Below, piece after piece: positions 63,426 to 64,000 of a stretch of 64,000 nucleotides of DNA. Both the position numbers and the translations under genes were made by a program. Numbering within the stretch: the stretch's first letter is position 1; each line of letters starts with the position of its first letter. The DNA is taken from the IMG/VR virus record IMGVR_UViG_3300049926_000039, positions 5,804-69,803 of that record. One strand, given 5' to 3'. The stretch is from a virus (taxonomy: Duplodnaviria; Caudoviricetes). The notes under the pieces are model-generated. The model was given only the letters and a program-made list of their open reading frames with translations. It did not search any database and was not told the DNA's origin.

Positions 63426-64000
63426 ATGCCGCTGGGCGCGTCCAACATCATCCAGGTGGTGCACGGGACCACCGGTTCGGCGAATCCGCCGTCAGCGACG
63501 GTGACGGTGACGGCGGCGGCGACCGGGGCGGGGAACTCGCTCGTTCTCTGTTTCACCACTGCGGCGGCGCTGCCGTCACCGCCGACCGGATTCACGGAGT
63601 TGCGTTCTCAGGAGAACCGCAACGCGCATGTGATCTGGACGAAACCCAACGTGTCGGCGGGGGAGACGTCGTGGAATGTGGTCCTGGACGTCGCCAACGC
63701 GTCGGCGTGGGTGCTGTACGAGATCAGCGGCCTGGACGCCATGCCGTACGACTCGGCCGCCTCCAACGGATCCAACACCGGGGCTTCGACGTGGTCGACG
63801 GGCACGACAGGGGGCAGCGCGGCCAGCGACTCCATCGTCATCGCATCCCACGCGGGGCTGCTGTTCGACGGTGTCGGCGCGATCGGCGCCTGGTCCGCGC
63901 AGACCAACTCGTTCGCCGAGGACGGCGAAGACAAGACCACCATCGTCACCGGCGGGAACAACGTCAACATCGCGGCGGCGCACCTGTTCCCGGGCACGAC
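63426..64000 (+). CDS. minor tail / tail-fibre-like protein (3' truncated by window)
   Basis: manual translation MPLGASNIIQVVHGTTGSANPPSATVTV... stays open to window end; Thr/Ala/Gly/Ser-rich. Confidence 0.65.
   Translation, partial: MPLGASNIIQVVHGTTGSANPPSATVTVTAAATGAGNSLVLCFTTAAALPSPPTGFTELRSQENRNAHVIWTKPNVSAGETSWNVVLDVANASAWVLYEISGLDAMPYDSAASNGSNTGASTWSTGTTGGSAASDSIVIASHAGLLFDGVGAIGAWSAQTNSFAEDGEDKTTIVTGGNNVNIAAAHLFPGT

Noticed and set aside
1-64000. Integrase, attP, ParA/ParB, classical amidase or muramidase endolysin
   Set aside because: No matching motifs found in the ORFs inspected; they may lie outside the window, so absence is not proof.

Overview
High-GC actinobacterial siphovirus-type genome segment with HK97-like head genes. 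BldC-, WhiB-, TraB-, I36- and GH26-like genes point to a filamentous actinomycete host (inference). Layout: 1-7 kb accessory genes (HNH, BldC-like regulator, four secreted I36-family proteins, lipoprotein, papain-like protease) and an AT-richer non-coding region; 7-28.3 kb head, tail and holin operon (+); 28.4-38.4 kb convergent minus-strand operon with a globin, membrane-tethered GIY-YIG nucleases and a Streptomyces-plasmid-type transfer module (DUF2637/Spd, TraB, clt-like 8-bp repeats, TraA-like); 38.5-59 kb early, recombination, DNA-modification and replication genes driven by repeated operator-containing promoters; 59.8-64 kb a second structural/tail-fibre-like block with an endonuclease VII and a secreted GH26, running off the window. 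No integrase, parA or classical endolysin is recognisable in the window. Best candidate novel system: a conjugative phage-plasmid carrying an apparently intact TraB/clt system with membrane-tethered nucleases, plus possible host-development or NO modulators (BldC, WhiB, globin). Several unannotated RNA elements are also present: four CAGUCACA hairpins before the capsid gene and two anticodon-less tRNA mimics. All family assignments come from motif recognition by eye; no database searches were run.
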